Assembly: GCA_000002445.1 (NCBI GenBank)
Contig: CH464491.1
Span: forward strand, 2,432,001-2,496,000
DNA length: 64,000 nucleotides
Source of the DNA: Trypanosoma brucei
Lineage: Eukaryota
Direction: 5' to 3'
The notes beneath the pieces are model-generated. The model searched no databases. It was not told where the DNA came from and was given only the letters and a program-made list of their open reading frames with translations. This document shows positions 22,401-32,368 of the stretch, one piece after another (within the stretch, counting starts at the first letter, position 1; the number at the start of each line of letters is the position of its first letter). Made by a program: the position numbers and the translations under genes.

Positions 22401-24663
22401 GACAATTGTGGAGTGTTGTCGCGGCCTTGTCGGATTGGTAAAAAAAAGGGGGCGAAACATTTCCGGCAGGCGTCAAGGGCAACAGCGGGGAACAGAGAGT
22501 ACTACTGTGGGTGAAGAGAGCTCATGCAAGGAGGTGTTCTCAAAGGAAGAACTGCCGGTAGTAATAACTGTACTTTCCCGTGCGATGCTTAGTCGCACCT
22601 CCACGGTAAGCACTGTGGGCTTGACAAAAATATCGAGCGAGATCAGTACACTTCTGTCATCATGTGGTTACGAAACGGCTGACGGCAACACGAGTGGAGG
22701 TGGCCGCAACGGCCGCGAGCTGTGCGACACTAACACAGCAACGATTACTTCAGCAACCGCAGGGGAGCGTACGGTTGAACTGGAGTTAATCTTATCTGGC
22801 GAAATTGACCAGAAAGCGGGGGAATTACCTTGGATCACCATTCTCGAAGCTGTGCAACTACAGCTGGTGCCGTACACCGTTGTTAAAAACCTGCTAACGT
22901 CCTTCAAGGGTGGGTGCGACAACGGCAAAGAGCGTCTCCGGTGGCAGGAGCTGCAGAGGGACTTTCAACGGAAACGGCACCATCGCCTTGTGGGGAACAC
23001 CTTGGTGTTTCGGTGGTACGGTTGTGCTGTACCTAATGATGAGGGTTGGGAAGACGGATCTGGCCTCATGCGTCCAATGGCGGAGGACCGCGATAATGTG
23101 CACAGCGCCAGTCACCAAGGCCGTACTTCTACCGAGTTGGGGGCCTTCACGCGGCGTTTGCTCAAAACACTTGCCCGCGCTGAGGTGACTCGTCTCAACG
23201 ACAGGAAGGAAATAACTACCCAAACATTCGTCGTGGGCCCGAGTGATGACAGTGCCACACGTCACCCCACCCCAGGGCAGGAGGAAGATGCCAGTCTCCA
23301 CCGTTTAGATCTTCTCTTCAGGGTTCATACGCTGGCTGCACACATACTTATGACAGCTAGTACGAAGAAACCGCACATGATCCATGAGCTGTATGATACG
23401 CTCTTACACCTTGTTGAGAAGGTGATGCCAACTACTCCCAATGCTCTCGGCAACGCCAGTGATTTGTTGCTCTTGTGGTTAGTTGGTAGTGCGGTTGCAG
23501 TGGGATTGCGTTTCCGGCCTAACTTTCTCATTAAGTGGCCATCAGCTCCAGAAGTGTCATCAGGTAACCTGAAAAGTTGCCCGTCCGCTGAAGAAAAAAC
23601 TGTACACATCTTGCGCGACATTGAGCCATATCTGCAAAGTGAGTTGCTTCGGCCTACAGTGCGCCTACGGTTTGTCATTAATGTGTTAGTGGCTCTTCGC
23701 AGTCTTGAGTTGTTGGGAGCTCGCATCGACGTAGAAGGTCTGCACATGGATCAACTGTTGATCAGGGCGAGCGCTGACCGCAGGCTGCTGAGCCGCCACG
23801 TGAACCTGTTCCTTATTGGTTGCTCCGCCTTACAAAGCACACAGTCTTCGATTTTGCATACTGCTCTCCACCTGCGCGAGGCGAAGTATAACTTATCCTT
23901 CGCGGAGATCGAGCGAGCTTTCGTTGCGATTGCTCTGTCAGCTGATACGTTTGCCAGGCAGCATGAGGCCCTAATGGAGCAAAACTACCAACAGCAGCAA
24001 AACCGTACACTCTCAGTCGCAGTTGCAGCCAACAACACGACCCCTGCGCTCCGTGTGTCACCCGTCCAACTCAGGCACGCTTGGAGTGCACTGGGGCGGC
24101 GCGTGTTGGAGAATGCCGGAGAATCACCGACGGATCTGTTTGTGCGTGGGCTGCAGTGCGCTGCGGCGGTTGGGTGCATTGACTCGGCTCTGTATCAACA
24201 GCTTCTTTCGTACGTGGTGGAGTTTCGCTGGAAAGATCTTCATATATTAGACTGGGTGATGATACTGAGGACGGTGCGGCAATCCTTTGAAAACAGACGC
24301 AACCTAGAGGCGTACTTGAAGGAACCACTGCAGGCATTTATGTTGACGATGACAGTCAGTGGGGACAACAGCACGGAGCAATCAGTTCAGAAGGTCAACC
24401 TCAAGAATCACGAGGGTGAGCAGCTGCTGGAGGGGCTTTGCCTTTTCGCTGAAGCTCTTCCAGGTTTGTTTATAGGTGACAGGGAACTCTGGGGACTTTT
24501 GTGGCAAGCTCTTGGTTCCCAGTGGTCGGCGTGTTTTAATGCTGCCAGCAATATTGAGGAACAACAACGCATCACGGCATGGCTGCAGGAGATTAACGCA
24601 AGCTACGCCTGGGCTGCACGGGCAGCTGGGTTCCGTGGCTTGGATGAGCCCACCGCCTTGTGA
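19477..24663 (+). CDS. Large conserved hypothetical protein (~1730 aa; the ORF is open from 19204 but its first 90 codons overlap a polypyrimidine/(GT)n tract)
   Basis: Uninterrupted 5.4 kb sense ORF with complex, non-repetitive composition. The upstream extension 19204-19476 translates the pyrimidine tract and (GT)10 repeat ('FSVCVCVCAHFHF'), so the first ATG after the tract (19477, 'MRRLILAQTL') is the more plausible start. No domain recognised by eye. Confidence 0.6.
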   Translation: MRRLILAQTLRVAGRHCPPVAMFLQRFYRGHGISTALPLHYSKRHRKREGRMYGKPLRPVSDGENGASGDGGVLTRWEAVVSSRHQCESPVQTLAKSEKPKKAENTVAGKKTGSSRFSHRRDHSAYPSGVQPAPLATSGLPTQSSERQQQKQIGQQQVPLDALHRLFKVHAVMRTNYEALGKCTKVLKSFSTACAEALLQLGVLQKEQPSAMERKGFIYVQLCKSGATEASKNGTSSPCFVLPPESPLYRTTIKFPTITVEHVLTTTVSSGCGAKDSGGDIMSVDMEGAAPFPMGHCESRPSTSAGNGVTAEYDCEGDVLSHGAAWNSIIEGFGQLALNLKQNASVSDFAQLAETLAYFKWVKDEEQVGWGTEDCVVKKFREAMANAKDTSASGSDPNTSDVSAALAAIAESFLRKIPRVDCIGSAVAHRGGERTAPSVHAIDVMLNLALRMCLSQWHAMSHFERMNIVLFCTYPWFAEDLSIAAGLCLTQSYLQSLLRADADVTYQHTFHYVRRVSRLCWPCIHDTDSAPVKKLLFPRDPQGTAVSSHALEAVSVEEKDNQLNQKEGLQGEEQATTTSESKLMWLPSFKDASCVSYGSSMKQRAAYELLLLWMTCVNPSGLHRSSPHGRYVSATGIAIIDVDLFVTQRFRTGKSKDEWLLLHPVEGDVVASVTIRTMVQHCETPYTLTRLFFCNFHSVLPHIWGGIGARRREILWTAWCRAVAQPLVNTLSGSDEGQREDDGGMQTLQITVDNADRTLDYLKPLISALTSDELFLRLIMRCADKSLEEMAREIGSGNNTLPLNKWCAQLAGFVYSVALALHCRAKREGCNRDGGPSRPNTATDSANKKVVSGKQTDNLPKGTQEDISDLQLQFKAAVSALLRKLSAGDTQVAEQLLHHFYEPHFSGDQEREVVEDIQRHLQQVCDSQSRDALHAWIECSARASCEATVPLKEELLCKWQRTVLEADAGLPVVLPTIVECCRGLVGLVKKRGRNISGRRQGQQRGTESTTVGEESSCKEVFSKEELPVVITVLSRAMLSRTSTVSTVGLTKISSEISTLLSSCGYETADGNTSGGGRNGRELCDTNTATITSATAGERTVELELILSGEIDQKAGELPWITILEAVQLQLVPYTVVKNLLTSFKGGCDNGKERLRWQELQRDFQRKRHHRLVGNTLVFRWYGCAVPNDEGWEDGSGLMRPMAEDRDNVHSASHQGRTSTELGAFTRRLLKTLARAEVTRLNDRKEITTQTFVVGPSDDSATRHPTPGQEEDASLHRLDLLFRVHTLAAHILMTASTKKPHMIHELYDTLLHLVEKVMPTTPNALGNASDLLLLWLVGSAVAVGLRFRPNFLIKWPSAPEVSSGNLKSCPSAEEKTVHILRDIEPYLQSELLRPTVRLRFVINVLVALRSLELLGARIDVEGLHMDQLLIRASADRRLLSRHVNLFLIGCSALQSTQSSILHTALHLREAKYNLSFAEIERAFVAIALSADTFARQHEALMEQNYQQQQNRTLSVAVAANNTTPALRVSPVQLRHAWSALGRRVLENAGESPTDLFVRGLQCAAAVGCIDSALYQQLLSYVVEFRWKDLHILDWVMILRTVRQSFENRRNLEAYLKEPLQAFMLTMTVSGDNSTEQSVQKVNLKNHEGEQLLEGLCLFAEALPGLFIGDRELWGLLWQALGSQWSACFNAASNIEEQQRITAWLQEINASYAWAARAAGFRGLDEPTAL

Positions 24664-25185
24664 CGCAACAGGGCGGGCGTGGTGTAGATAGTTGCAAGGG
24701 GACCAAAGTAAATGGTCACAAAGGAGCGAGTGAACGGTGTAAGCGCATGTTATGGTCGTATCTTCACATTCTCTCACAAGGTAAACACCTTTAAAAAAAA
24801 AAAAGGAAGTATCCCATCTGGTGCTAGAAGTTGGTGAGGGATGCACCCATTCATGTGCCGGGAAATCACTACGTGTAATATTACTCATTTTAAAGGCGTT
24901 TGGTGCTGTGCACGAACCTCCATTCACTTTGTACAAAGCTTTGATCTGTGTCCTTCCGCACTTTTTTTTCAACTTCTTTGCTGTTGACAAAAGCATTTTC
25001 GGGTTTTTGTTTGGATTTTTATCGCTTCCACTCTCGTTGCGCATAATTTCACCAACATACATACATACTTCAAAGGAAAGGGGAGAAAGACAAATTATCC
25101 TTGCAGCTGTACAGGACTTATCGGAGGAAACGGACTGTAGGCGCACTTCTAGCACGGACCACTTAACTTCACTAGTGGCCGAAGC

Positions 25186-26553
25186 ATGGAGGATTTCGTT
25201 GTTGTGCCGGTGGAGGTGCGGTGTAGGCAAATGTGTACAGATGCCGCTGAGCTTTCAAAGGTTATCACGAGTTTCATACGGCACCGCAACGGTGTTACAC
25301 ACCCGGGTGACATTATCCCGCTTTGGGGTGCATCCGAGCTTATCACATCAACAGTTGAGCTCTTGCGGGTATGTGACGTTTATTGCCCACTTAACGGGGT
25401 TGCAGCGGGCAGGGCGGATTACGCATTGGTGATGTACTACCTTCATGGAGATGATGTGTCTATGGCAATGCAAGGAGAGGAAACTTCCGAGTCGCAGGCG
25501 CTGTTAACCTACCGCGATTCAGACGACGAAGTGGATGCATCGACTGTCCCTTGCTCCATAGTGCAGATACCGCATGCATCGCTAGAAGGCCTGTGGGAGT
25601 CGATGCATTTCGGGGACTCTACCTGTGACACGGTGGAGCTTAAGCGTGACTTGTTGCAATATATGCACACTGCAATGGTTTTCTCTATGGCTGATGTGAA
25701 CCCACAAGTCATCGCGTGGAATCAGTTGGTGCTGCTACACGGGCCCCCCGGCACAGGGAAGACATCTTTTTGTAAAGCACTTTCACATAAACTTTCTATA
25801 CGGCTTGCGGGAATATTTCCCAAGGCGAAGCTGGTAGAGGTTAACACTCAAAGTTTGTTTAGTCGTTGGTTTAGTGAGAGTGGGAAGCATGTCATGGGCC
25901 TGTTCCGCCGTATACACACGATGGCGGAGGATTCCAAATGCCTTCTTTTTGTCCTCGTGGACGAGGTGGAATCACTAGCTGGCGCGAGGAACTCTGCAAT
26001 GAGGGGTAACGAGCCCTCAGATGCTATCCGTGTCGTCAACACTCTGTTAACTCAGCTGGACATTCTACAGAAAAAGAGGAACGTGGTGATATTAGCTACG
26101 AGTAACATCACCGGGGCCATTGATGTCGCGTTTGTTGATCGTGCTGACAAGAAGGTATTTATTGGCCCACCGGGGTTACCAGCCCGTCTGCAACTAATCA
26201 GGGCAAGTACGCAAGAGTTGGTTCAGAGGCGGTTAATTATGCTTGATCCTCCCAATGATCAGGGGTTCATAGGCGCAGGGGGGCTGATGCCGATCGGGGA
26301 AGGTCGTGTAGAACTCAATGCGAGAGAGTTGCAGCGGCTTGAGCTGGTGGCGGCGCAATGTGATACCTTCAGTGGAAGGACTCTGAAGAAGCTTCCTTTC
26401 CTTGCCTACAGCAAACACATTGGTGGGTCCCCAGTCTTCACTACCGGAGAGAGTAGTACCGCATCTGCTATCTCATTTGACACGTACATTAAAAGCTTGA
26501 CGAGTGCTGTAGAGGGAGAAATATTATCGAGGAGAATGATGGTGTCATCATAG
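25186..26553 (+). CDS. PCH2: Pachytene checkpoint protein 2 / TRIP13 AAA+ ATPase (HORMA-domain remodeller)
   Basis: Near-identical blocks to human TRIP13: 'LVLLHGPPGTGKTSFCKALSHKLSIRL' (Walker A ~25741-25770), 'LFSRWFSESGKHV', Walker B 'LLFVLVDEVESLAGAR', 'EPSDAIRVVNTLLTQLD', 'NVVILATSNITGAIDVAFVDRADKKVFIGPP', and 'FSGRTLKKLPFLAY'. The N-terminal domain (~170 aa) precedes the AAA module as in Pch2. Confidence 0.85.
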   Translation: MEDFVVVPVEVRCRQMCTDAAELSKVITSFIRHRNGVTHPGDIIPLWGASELITSTVELLRVCDVYCPLNGVAAGRADYALVMYYLHGDDVSMAMQGEETSESQALLTYRDSDDEVDASTVPCSIVQIPHASLEGLWESMHFGDSTCDTVELKRDLLQYMHTAMVFSMADVNPQVIAWNQLVLLHGPPGTGKTSFCKALSHKLSIRLAGIFPKAKLVEVNTQSLFSRWFSESGKHVMGLFRRIHTMAEDSKCLLFVLVDEVESLAGARNSAMRGNEPSDAIRVVNTLLTQLDILQKKRNVVILATSNITGAIDVAFVDRADKKVFIGPPGLPARLQLIRASTQELVQRRLIMLDPPNDQGFIGAGGLMPIGEGRVELNARELQRLELVAAQCDTFSGRTLKKLPFLAYSKHIGGSPVFTTGESSTASAISFDTYIKSLTSAVEGEILSRRMMVSS

Positions 26554-27042
26554 GCTCCCAATTCAGGCACACTAAATAGGCACTTTCGCGCGATTCCCTA
26601 TTTTTCGCGTTCTCACAGTCTAATTTTTGCAACAGATTATCATTTATTTTGTCATGGTTTTGTCTCTGACTTTTTTGCTTGATTTTTGTATATGGACTAA
26701 CATTTTTTTTTCTGGTGTGTGGGAATGCAGATGCAGTTTCTATTTGAGATCTTTTTTATTATTTTACATCCTGGTTTATTGTTTTTTTTGTTTGTCAATG
26801 GATTGGATAAGGCCCTTCATTGCAAATATCTAACCGGTAAAACTGGCCCCTCAACACATATGGACGCGTATCGTTGTAGACGCATATGCTGAAGTTGTGT
26901 ATTTAAAAGGGAAGGGGAAGGAGGGAGAGAAAACATTCCCCTTTTGTTTGGACTGCTTGCACGACGGAGTTACGATTTGATAACGGGTGTAGCACACCCA
27001 TAAGTATTATTATTTTTTTTTGTGAGCTTTGAATGGCATAAC

Positions 27043-27150
27043 CTTCTTCTTGCTTTTCTTATTCACCTCGTTTGTTCTTCAACATTTCTTCTCTCATTCT
27101 TCTAAATTTTCTCTCTACCAATCACTCTCTTTCTTTTGTCCTGCATTCAT
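27043..27150 (+). promoter_or_regulatory. Long polypyrimidine tract upstream of TOP3A
   Basis: Reads 'cttcttcttgcttttcttattcacctcgtttgttcttcaacatttcttctctcattcttctaaattttctctctaccaatcactctctttcttttgtcctgc'. Confidence 0.4.
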
Positions 27151-27295
27151 GCAAATATTTACGAATATCCGCTCAACCTTGAAGCTGAAGTGCGCGGCAC
27201 GAATTTTGGGAGGTTTCGCCCGCATTGAGGGTGTGGGGGGTGGGACGAGTAAGAAAAATTAACGGCACGCCCATAAGGGAGGAGTGGAGGGGGAA

Positions 27296-29821
27296 ATGGT
27301 CCAAACAGTACTTATGGTTGCAGAGAAACCTTCTATTGCTGAGAGCATCGCCCATCACCTCTCAAATGGCCGGACAGCGAAACACTCTCGTGCACTTCCC
27401 GTCTTCGAGTACGATGGTTACTTTCAGGGTGCCCCCGCACACTTCCGTGTTACAAGTACAACAGGGCACATTTTTTCATGCGATTTCACCCCTCAGTACC
27501 AGTCGTGGGATCGGACTGATGAGGAGTCGCTCTTCGGGGCACCAGTCGTGTGGCGGGAAGAGTCCGGACGGGTGAGCCGCCACCTTGAGCATGAGGCAAA
27601 AGGGTGTGCAACGCTCGTTTTGTGGCTTGACTGCGACCGCGAGGGGGAAAACATATGCTTTGAGGTGATGCAGGTTGTGTCGCGAAGCATACATGACATT
27701 CGATGTATTTGGCGCGCAAAGTTCTCCGCCATAACGCGGGAAGCGATAACGGAGGCGTTCGTTAATTTGGGTAAGCCAAACAAAAACCTGTCAGATGCGG
27801 TGAGCTGTAGACAAGAGCTAGACCTCAAGGTTGGCGTTGTTTTTACCAGGTACCAAACGAAGTACTTTCAGGGTAAGTATGGGAATCTTGACGCTAGTGT
27901 GGTGAGTTATGGCCCTTGCCAGACACCGACACTCGCATTTTGCGTGCAGAGGCACGACGAGATACTAAACTTCAAACCCGAAAACTACTGGAAGCTAGTG
28001 CCTACCTGCAACAGATACGGTTCACCCATTACGTTTGAGTGGGCGCGCGGTCGCGTCTTTGACGAATTGATTGCACGACTTTTACATCAAAGGGTCTCTC
28101 GTAGTAAAGTTGCCAAAGTCGTTGACGTTTCGGTGGGGGCTGACACCCGCGCTCGACCCACGGCGCTCAACACTGTCGAGCTCATGAAAATCGCTAGTAA
28201 GTTTCTTGGTATTGGGCCGCATCACGCGATGCAAATAGCAGAAAACCTCTATATTTCTGGGTATATCTCGTACCCACGAACGGAATCCACAGCATACCCG
28301 GTCTCCTTCGACTTGAAGGCCGCACTTGCAACCCAACAGGGCCATCCAGTGTGGGGTGAATACGTGCAGGAATTACTGAAAGGTCGGTACACGCGACCGA
28401 AAGCCGGCAAAGATGCTGGAGACCATCCACCAATCACACCAATGCGTGCGGCAACTGCCGGAGAGCTGTCGTCTGACTCTTGGCGTTTGTATGAGTACAT
28501 TACACGTCACTTCATTGCTACAGTATCCCCAGACTGCAAACTTTCGAGGACGAAGCTCGTACTAGAGCTTAGTGGGGAGTTGTTTACCTTCACTGGTAAG
28601 GTAGTTGTGGATCCGGGCTTCACAACAATTCTTGCCCATTTGGCTGTAAAGGACGACAAGGTACCAACGAACATCGAGGTGGGGAGCGATTTCCCCATCA
28701 ATGATGTACGCCTTCAGGCCGGGCAAACCCAAGCACCGGGGTATCTTACAGAAGCTGATCTCATTGGGCTGATGGAAAAGAATGGCATCGGCACAGACGC
28801 CTCTATTTCCCAGCATGTCAACAATATAGTTGAGCGGGGTTATTGTGCGGTGAAACCTGGGCGCGTAATGGAACCCACAAAACTTGGGGTCGTGCTGATT
28901 CATGGTATCAAAAGTATCGACCCTGAACTTGTGCTCCCCCTGGTGCGAAGCAAGGTGGAAGAGTACGTCACGTGCATTGCTGAGGGTCAAGCCAGGCTAG
29001 ACGAGGTCCTATCGAGTGTGCTTGATCTCTTCTTTGGAAAGTTTCGTTACTTCAAGGAAAACATTGAGCGCTTTGATGCCCTTATGGGAGCTTCATTTTC
29101 ACCCCTTACTTCCTCGGGTAAGCCAATAACGCGGTGCGGCAACTGTATGCGATACCTGAAGCACCTTGAGGCACGCCCGCAACGGTTGTATTGTGCCTAC
29201 TGCGAAGTTACGTACGCGTTACCACAGGGTGGAACGATCAAGCAGTATTCCAACTACAAGTGTCCCCTTGACAACTTTGAGTTGGTTATCTGCCACGTGG
29301 AGGGAGGTAAGTCATTTCCTATTTGTCCCAACTGCTATAACAACCCCCCGTTTCCAGATGCACGAGTGCAGGGCGGCCGTCAGCTCATGGCATGTGACGA
29401 GTGCAAACACCCGACTTGTTACCACTCGCTGGCCACGAATTATGTGGCGGACTGCGTTGACCCACGATGTGATGGGTGCATGGCGTTTGTTCCTCGAACA
29501 TCGGGGAAGTGGAAAATATGCTGTAACCACTGCACCATGATGATTCTCCTCCCACCAACGGCGCAACGGGTTTATGTAAGTTCAGAGGAGTGCCCGGAAT
29601 GTGGTGCCATGATGGTGGATCTACAATTTCCAGAAGGGAAATCGCCACTTCCCAACCGCAAGGATCGCATAGTGTCGTGTGTCTTTTGTGATCCAGCACT
29701 CAGTAACAACGTGTCAGAGGTACGCGGGAAACTGGGGAATTTTAGCAGACGCGGTGGTGGTGGGAAAGGAAGGGGAAGGGGTGGTAGAGGTAGAGGAAGA
29801 GGAAGAGGCTACCGAAACTAG
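27296..29821 (+). CDS. TOP3A: DNA topoisomerase III alpha (type IA), with C-terminal zinc-ribbon/GRF fingers and an RGG tail
   Basis: TOPRIM start 'VLMVAEKPSIAESIAHHL' and 'LWLDCDREGENICFEV'. Type IA active-site block 'ENLYISGYISYPRTESTAYP' (Tyr codon ~28271). C-terminal Cys clusters: 'CGNCMRYLKH...YCAYCEV', 'CPNCYNNPPF', 'CDECKHPTCYH', 'CCNHCTMMI', 'CPECGAMMV'. Terminal 'RRGGGGKGRGRGGRGRGRGRGYRN'. The track start at 27284 is a GTG, and the first ATG is 27296. Confidence 0.9.
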   Translation: MVQTVLMVAEKPSIAESIAHHLSNGRTAKHSRALPVFEYDGYFQGAPAHFRVTSTTGHIFSCDFTPQYQSWDRTDEESLFGAPVVWREESGRVSRHLEHEAKGCATLVLWLDCDREGENICFEVMQVVSRSIHDIRCIWRAKFSAITREAITEAFVNLGKPNKNLSDAVSCRQELDLKVGVVFTRYQTKYFQGKYGNLDASVVSYGPCQTPTLAFCVQRHDEILNFKPENYWKLVPTCNRYGSPITFEWARGRVFDELIARLLHQRVSRSKVAKVVDVSVGADTRARPTALNTVELMKIASKFLGIGPHHAMQIAENLYISGYISYPRTESTAYPVSFDLKAALATQQGHPVWGEYVQELLKGRYTRPKAGKDAGDHPPITPMRAATAGELSSDSWRLYEYITRHFIATVSPDCKLSRTKLVLELSGELFTFTGKVVVDPGFTTILAHLAVKDDKVPTNIEVGSDFPINDVRLQAGQTQAPGYLTEADLIGLMEKNGIGTDASISQHVNNIVERGYCAVKPGRVMEPTKLGVVLIHGIKSIDPELVLPLVRSKVEEYVTCIAEGQARLDEVLSSVLDLFFGKFRYFKENIERFDALMGASFSPLTSSGKPITRCGNCMRYLKHLEARPQRLYCAYCEVTYALPQGGTIKQYSNYKCPLDNFELVICHVEGGKSFPICPNCYNNPPFPDARVQGGRQLMACDECKHPTCYHSLATNYVADCVDPRCDGCMAFVPRTSGKWKICCNHCTMMILLPPTAQRVYVSSEECPECGAMMVDLQFPEGKSPLPNRKDRIVSCVFCDPALSNNVSEVRGKLGNFSRRGGGGKGRGRGGRGRGRGRGYRN

Positions 29822-30289
29822 GCGGGAGGCTGACTTGAAACCCTTGATTTCTTGTTTCAAATGTGTGGTGTGTGTATGTGGGAGGTTAACTACAGTTGGA
29901 GAAAGATAAGAGATGAGGGAGGGGGTGTGGAAAGGCATGTGTAGCAACTGCAACACGTGTGAACCATTTCTCCGCATCCCTCTCCTGAATTGTTTTAACT
30001 TCGTTTGCAGCGCAGTTACAAGGTCACGAAGCGGTAACTGCATTGTCAGCATTTTTGTTCCTTCTAGTCTGTCCATACTTCTCTGTATTATTGCTGTTTC
30101 TTCTAATACAAACGCATATTATAGACGTTTCTGTCCGTATACGAACGCCTCCATCAAGGCTAACAGCTCAGCTTCTAGGCTTAGTAGCAACCGACATACA
30201 CCCAAATCTAAGAAGTTTGCTTGTGCGTTACAGGAGGAGGATAAGGAAGGGTAGTGGAAGAAGGGGCGTGTGGGCAAACTTCTTAGGAA

Positions 30290-31165
30290 ATGAGTAACGC
30301 TAACGCTGCTCAAAAGCGTCGCATCGATGCCCTTCTCCGTCTCCCGGAGAACAAGGTATGTTTTGAGTGCCTAGAAAACCAACCGCGGTGGGCAAGTACT
30401 AACCTCGGGGTTTTTCTCTGCCTCCGCTGCGCCGGTCTTCATCGATCAGCAGGTACACATGTTTCAAAGGTTCGTTCGGCCACCATGGATACTTGGGAGG
30501 AGGAAATGATTAGATGTTGTGAAAACATTGGTAACGCCCGCGGTCGGGTGCTGTATGAATACAACATGCCCGACAGCGTTCGACCCAATGCATCCACAAA
30601 CGGGGCCTTGGCGGAGCGTCTTATACGGGAGAAGTATGAGCAGAGGCGGTACTTTAACGTGGAGTACGACTCACTTTTAAAGAAGTTCATGTCTGAAGGT
30701 GCGAGTCAAGGATCTTCCACGCCCAAGGACGAGAAACGTGACGTGGTAGCTTCGGTGCCAGCTCCTCCGTCGCTTTGGGTTGGAAACTCCCAACAAACGG
30801 CCCAACCAACCCTGACCGCCGGCCAAACGAAGCAAAGCGCGTCGGCAAATGGAATAAGCATAGATGATCTCTTCTCGACACCCAATGCGAAAACTAACCC
30901 CAATGTGGGAACACCGGTGTCGCCCCAACCGGTTGGAGTAGTGCCACAAGGGCAATTCCAACAAACCTCAGGAATGTTCCACCCAGCAGGTATGACGCCG
31001 TTTGGCATGGAAGTTCGCGGACCCTCTCAAGGAAACTTTCAAGCGCCTGCAGTGGATGCAAAGCAGGAGATTATGTCTTTATTTACTCCGAGTAATCAAG
31101 GTCCTCCGCACGTATATAGTGCTTGGGCCCCATCCGGTTCCTCCAAATGCTTTTCTCCTCAGTAA
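30290..31165 (+). CDS. ADP-ribosylation factor GTPase-activating protein (ArfGAP zinc finger; SMAP/AGFG-like), with a Q/P-rich tail
   Basis: ArfGAP C4 finger and arginine finger: 'NKVCFECLENQPRWASTNLGVFLCLRCAGLHRSAGTHVSKVRSATMDTWEEEMI'. Low-complexity Q/P/T C-terminal half. Confidence 0.85.
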   Translation: MSNANAAQKRRIDALLRLPENKVCFECLENQPRWASTNLGVFLCLRCAGLHRSAGTHVSKVRSATMDTWEEEMIRCCENIGNARGRVLYEYNMPDSVRPNASTNGALAERLIREKYEQRRYFNVEYDSLLKKFMSEGASQGSSTPKDEKRDVVASVPAPPSLWVGNSQQTAQPTLTAGQTKQSASANGISIDDLFSTPNAKTNPNVGTPVSPQPVGVVPQGQFQQTSGMFHPAGMTPFGMEVRGPSQGNFQAPAVDAKQEIMSLFTPSNQGPPHVYSAWAPSGSSKCFSPQ

Positions 31166-32295
31166 CACTCGCGGTGAAGGCCCTACATTAGCGAAGAAAG
31201 AGTTGAAGTTGCAAAATTACAAAAAAAAGTTACTGAAATAGAGGAGCAAGTGACTCCCGCCCGCTGATGGGCGGATCGAAACAATAAAGAAGCATAGGGA
31301 GGATGTGAGAGGCGTTCTTAACACTGGGTCATCACTGTTGATACCGCAGACTTGCTTTTTTTTTTCTGCTCTTGGGTTCTTTTTCTTTTTTTTTCTTCTT
31401 CTACTATGGTTCTTTACCACTTTCTTCTTCGTTTGCCCCACCACCTCTTTCGCTTCCTGTTTCCCGTTTGCTGTTGCATGTATGAAAAAAAAAAACAGCC
31501 AAAAGCACTACTGTAAAGCAGAAAGAAAAGAAGACCACAACTTTTCGCGGTTCCACGTCATCTGTTGATGATACAATGAACTTATGTAGTGTGAAGGTTT
31601 TGTGTGTATGTGTTTGTGTTTGTGTTTGTAAGCAAACTTTCCCTCTTTCCTTTCCCCAACCCACTTACCCTTTTGTATATTTCCCGCGGTTATTTAATGG
31701 AATGCAGCGGTGGACCGGAGAAACAACATATAATACACACGCAATAAAAGAAAAAAAAGAAACAGTTGAATATATACATACATATCTATTTGTTCAAGAA
31801 GGAGAGGAAGGGTTGTGGCGTATGGATTAATTGATGGATTAAGTTTAGCAACAGCAACGAGGAGAGAAAGACTGAAAGATATTGAGGTGAATTCAGGTGA
31901 TATAATCGAAGACTATTTTGACATTACCACGCGGGAAAATGAAGAAAGAAAGGAAGAAATCAAAAGACATATTGAGGGTAGTTGGGGAGGGAGGGAGGGG
32001 GGAAAAGAGTGAGAAAAAAAAAAGGCAAGCAAACAAACAGAAGGGAAGTGTCATGGTTTTGTGCAGGAGTGGTGGTGGTAGGGCGTTATTTGCTTTTCGT
32101 TTTTTTTGTTTTGTTTGTGCATTGAGTGAAAGGAACTGTGTGTACGTATTTCTTTTTATGTATGTGATTGTCGGTTTCCTGCCTGTGCGTGGCCGTGTCT
32201 TCTCGCGTAGCCTTCAAGTTGTCGCTTTGCCCCTTAGTTATCCACATTCTTTTTTCTTTTTGTCAAGGCTCATATCTTAAATGTTAAGGTGTGCT

Positions 32296-32368
32296 TTCCT
32301 TCTTTTTTTTTTTTCTCCCCGTTTGTTGTCACCCCCTTCCATCAGTCACACACCCCCTTCCTCCGCCA
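32296..32368 (+). promoter_or_regulatory. Polypyrimidine tract upstream of VPS15
   Basis: Reads 'ttccttcttttttttttttctccccgtttgttgtcacccccttccatcagtcacacacccccttcctccgccag' and ends in CAG. Confidence 0.4.

Noticed and set aside
24382-25230. 282-aa minus-strand ORF spanning the end of the giant 19477 gene, the intergenic region and the first codons of PCH2
   Set aside because: It is antisense to two confidently called + genes and crosses the pyrimidine-tract intergenic region. Its composition is low-complexity (K-rich, 'FFFFKG'), there is no homology signal, and it is on the wrong strand for this polycistron.
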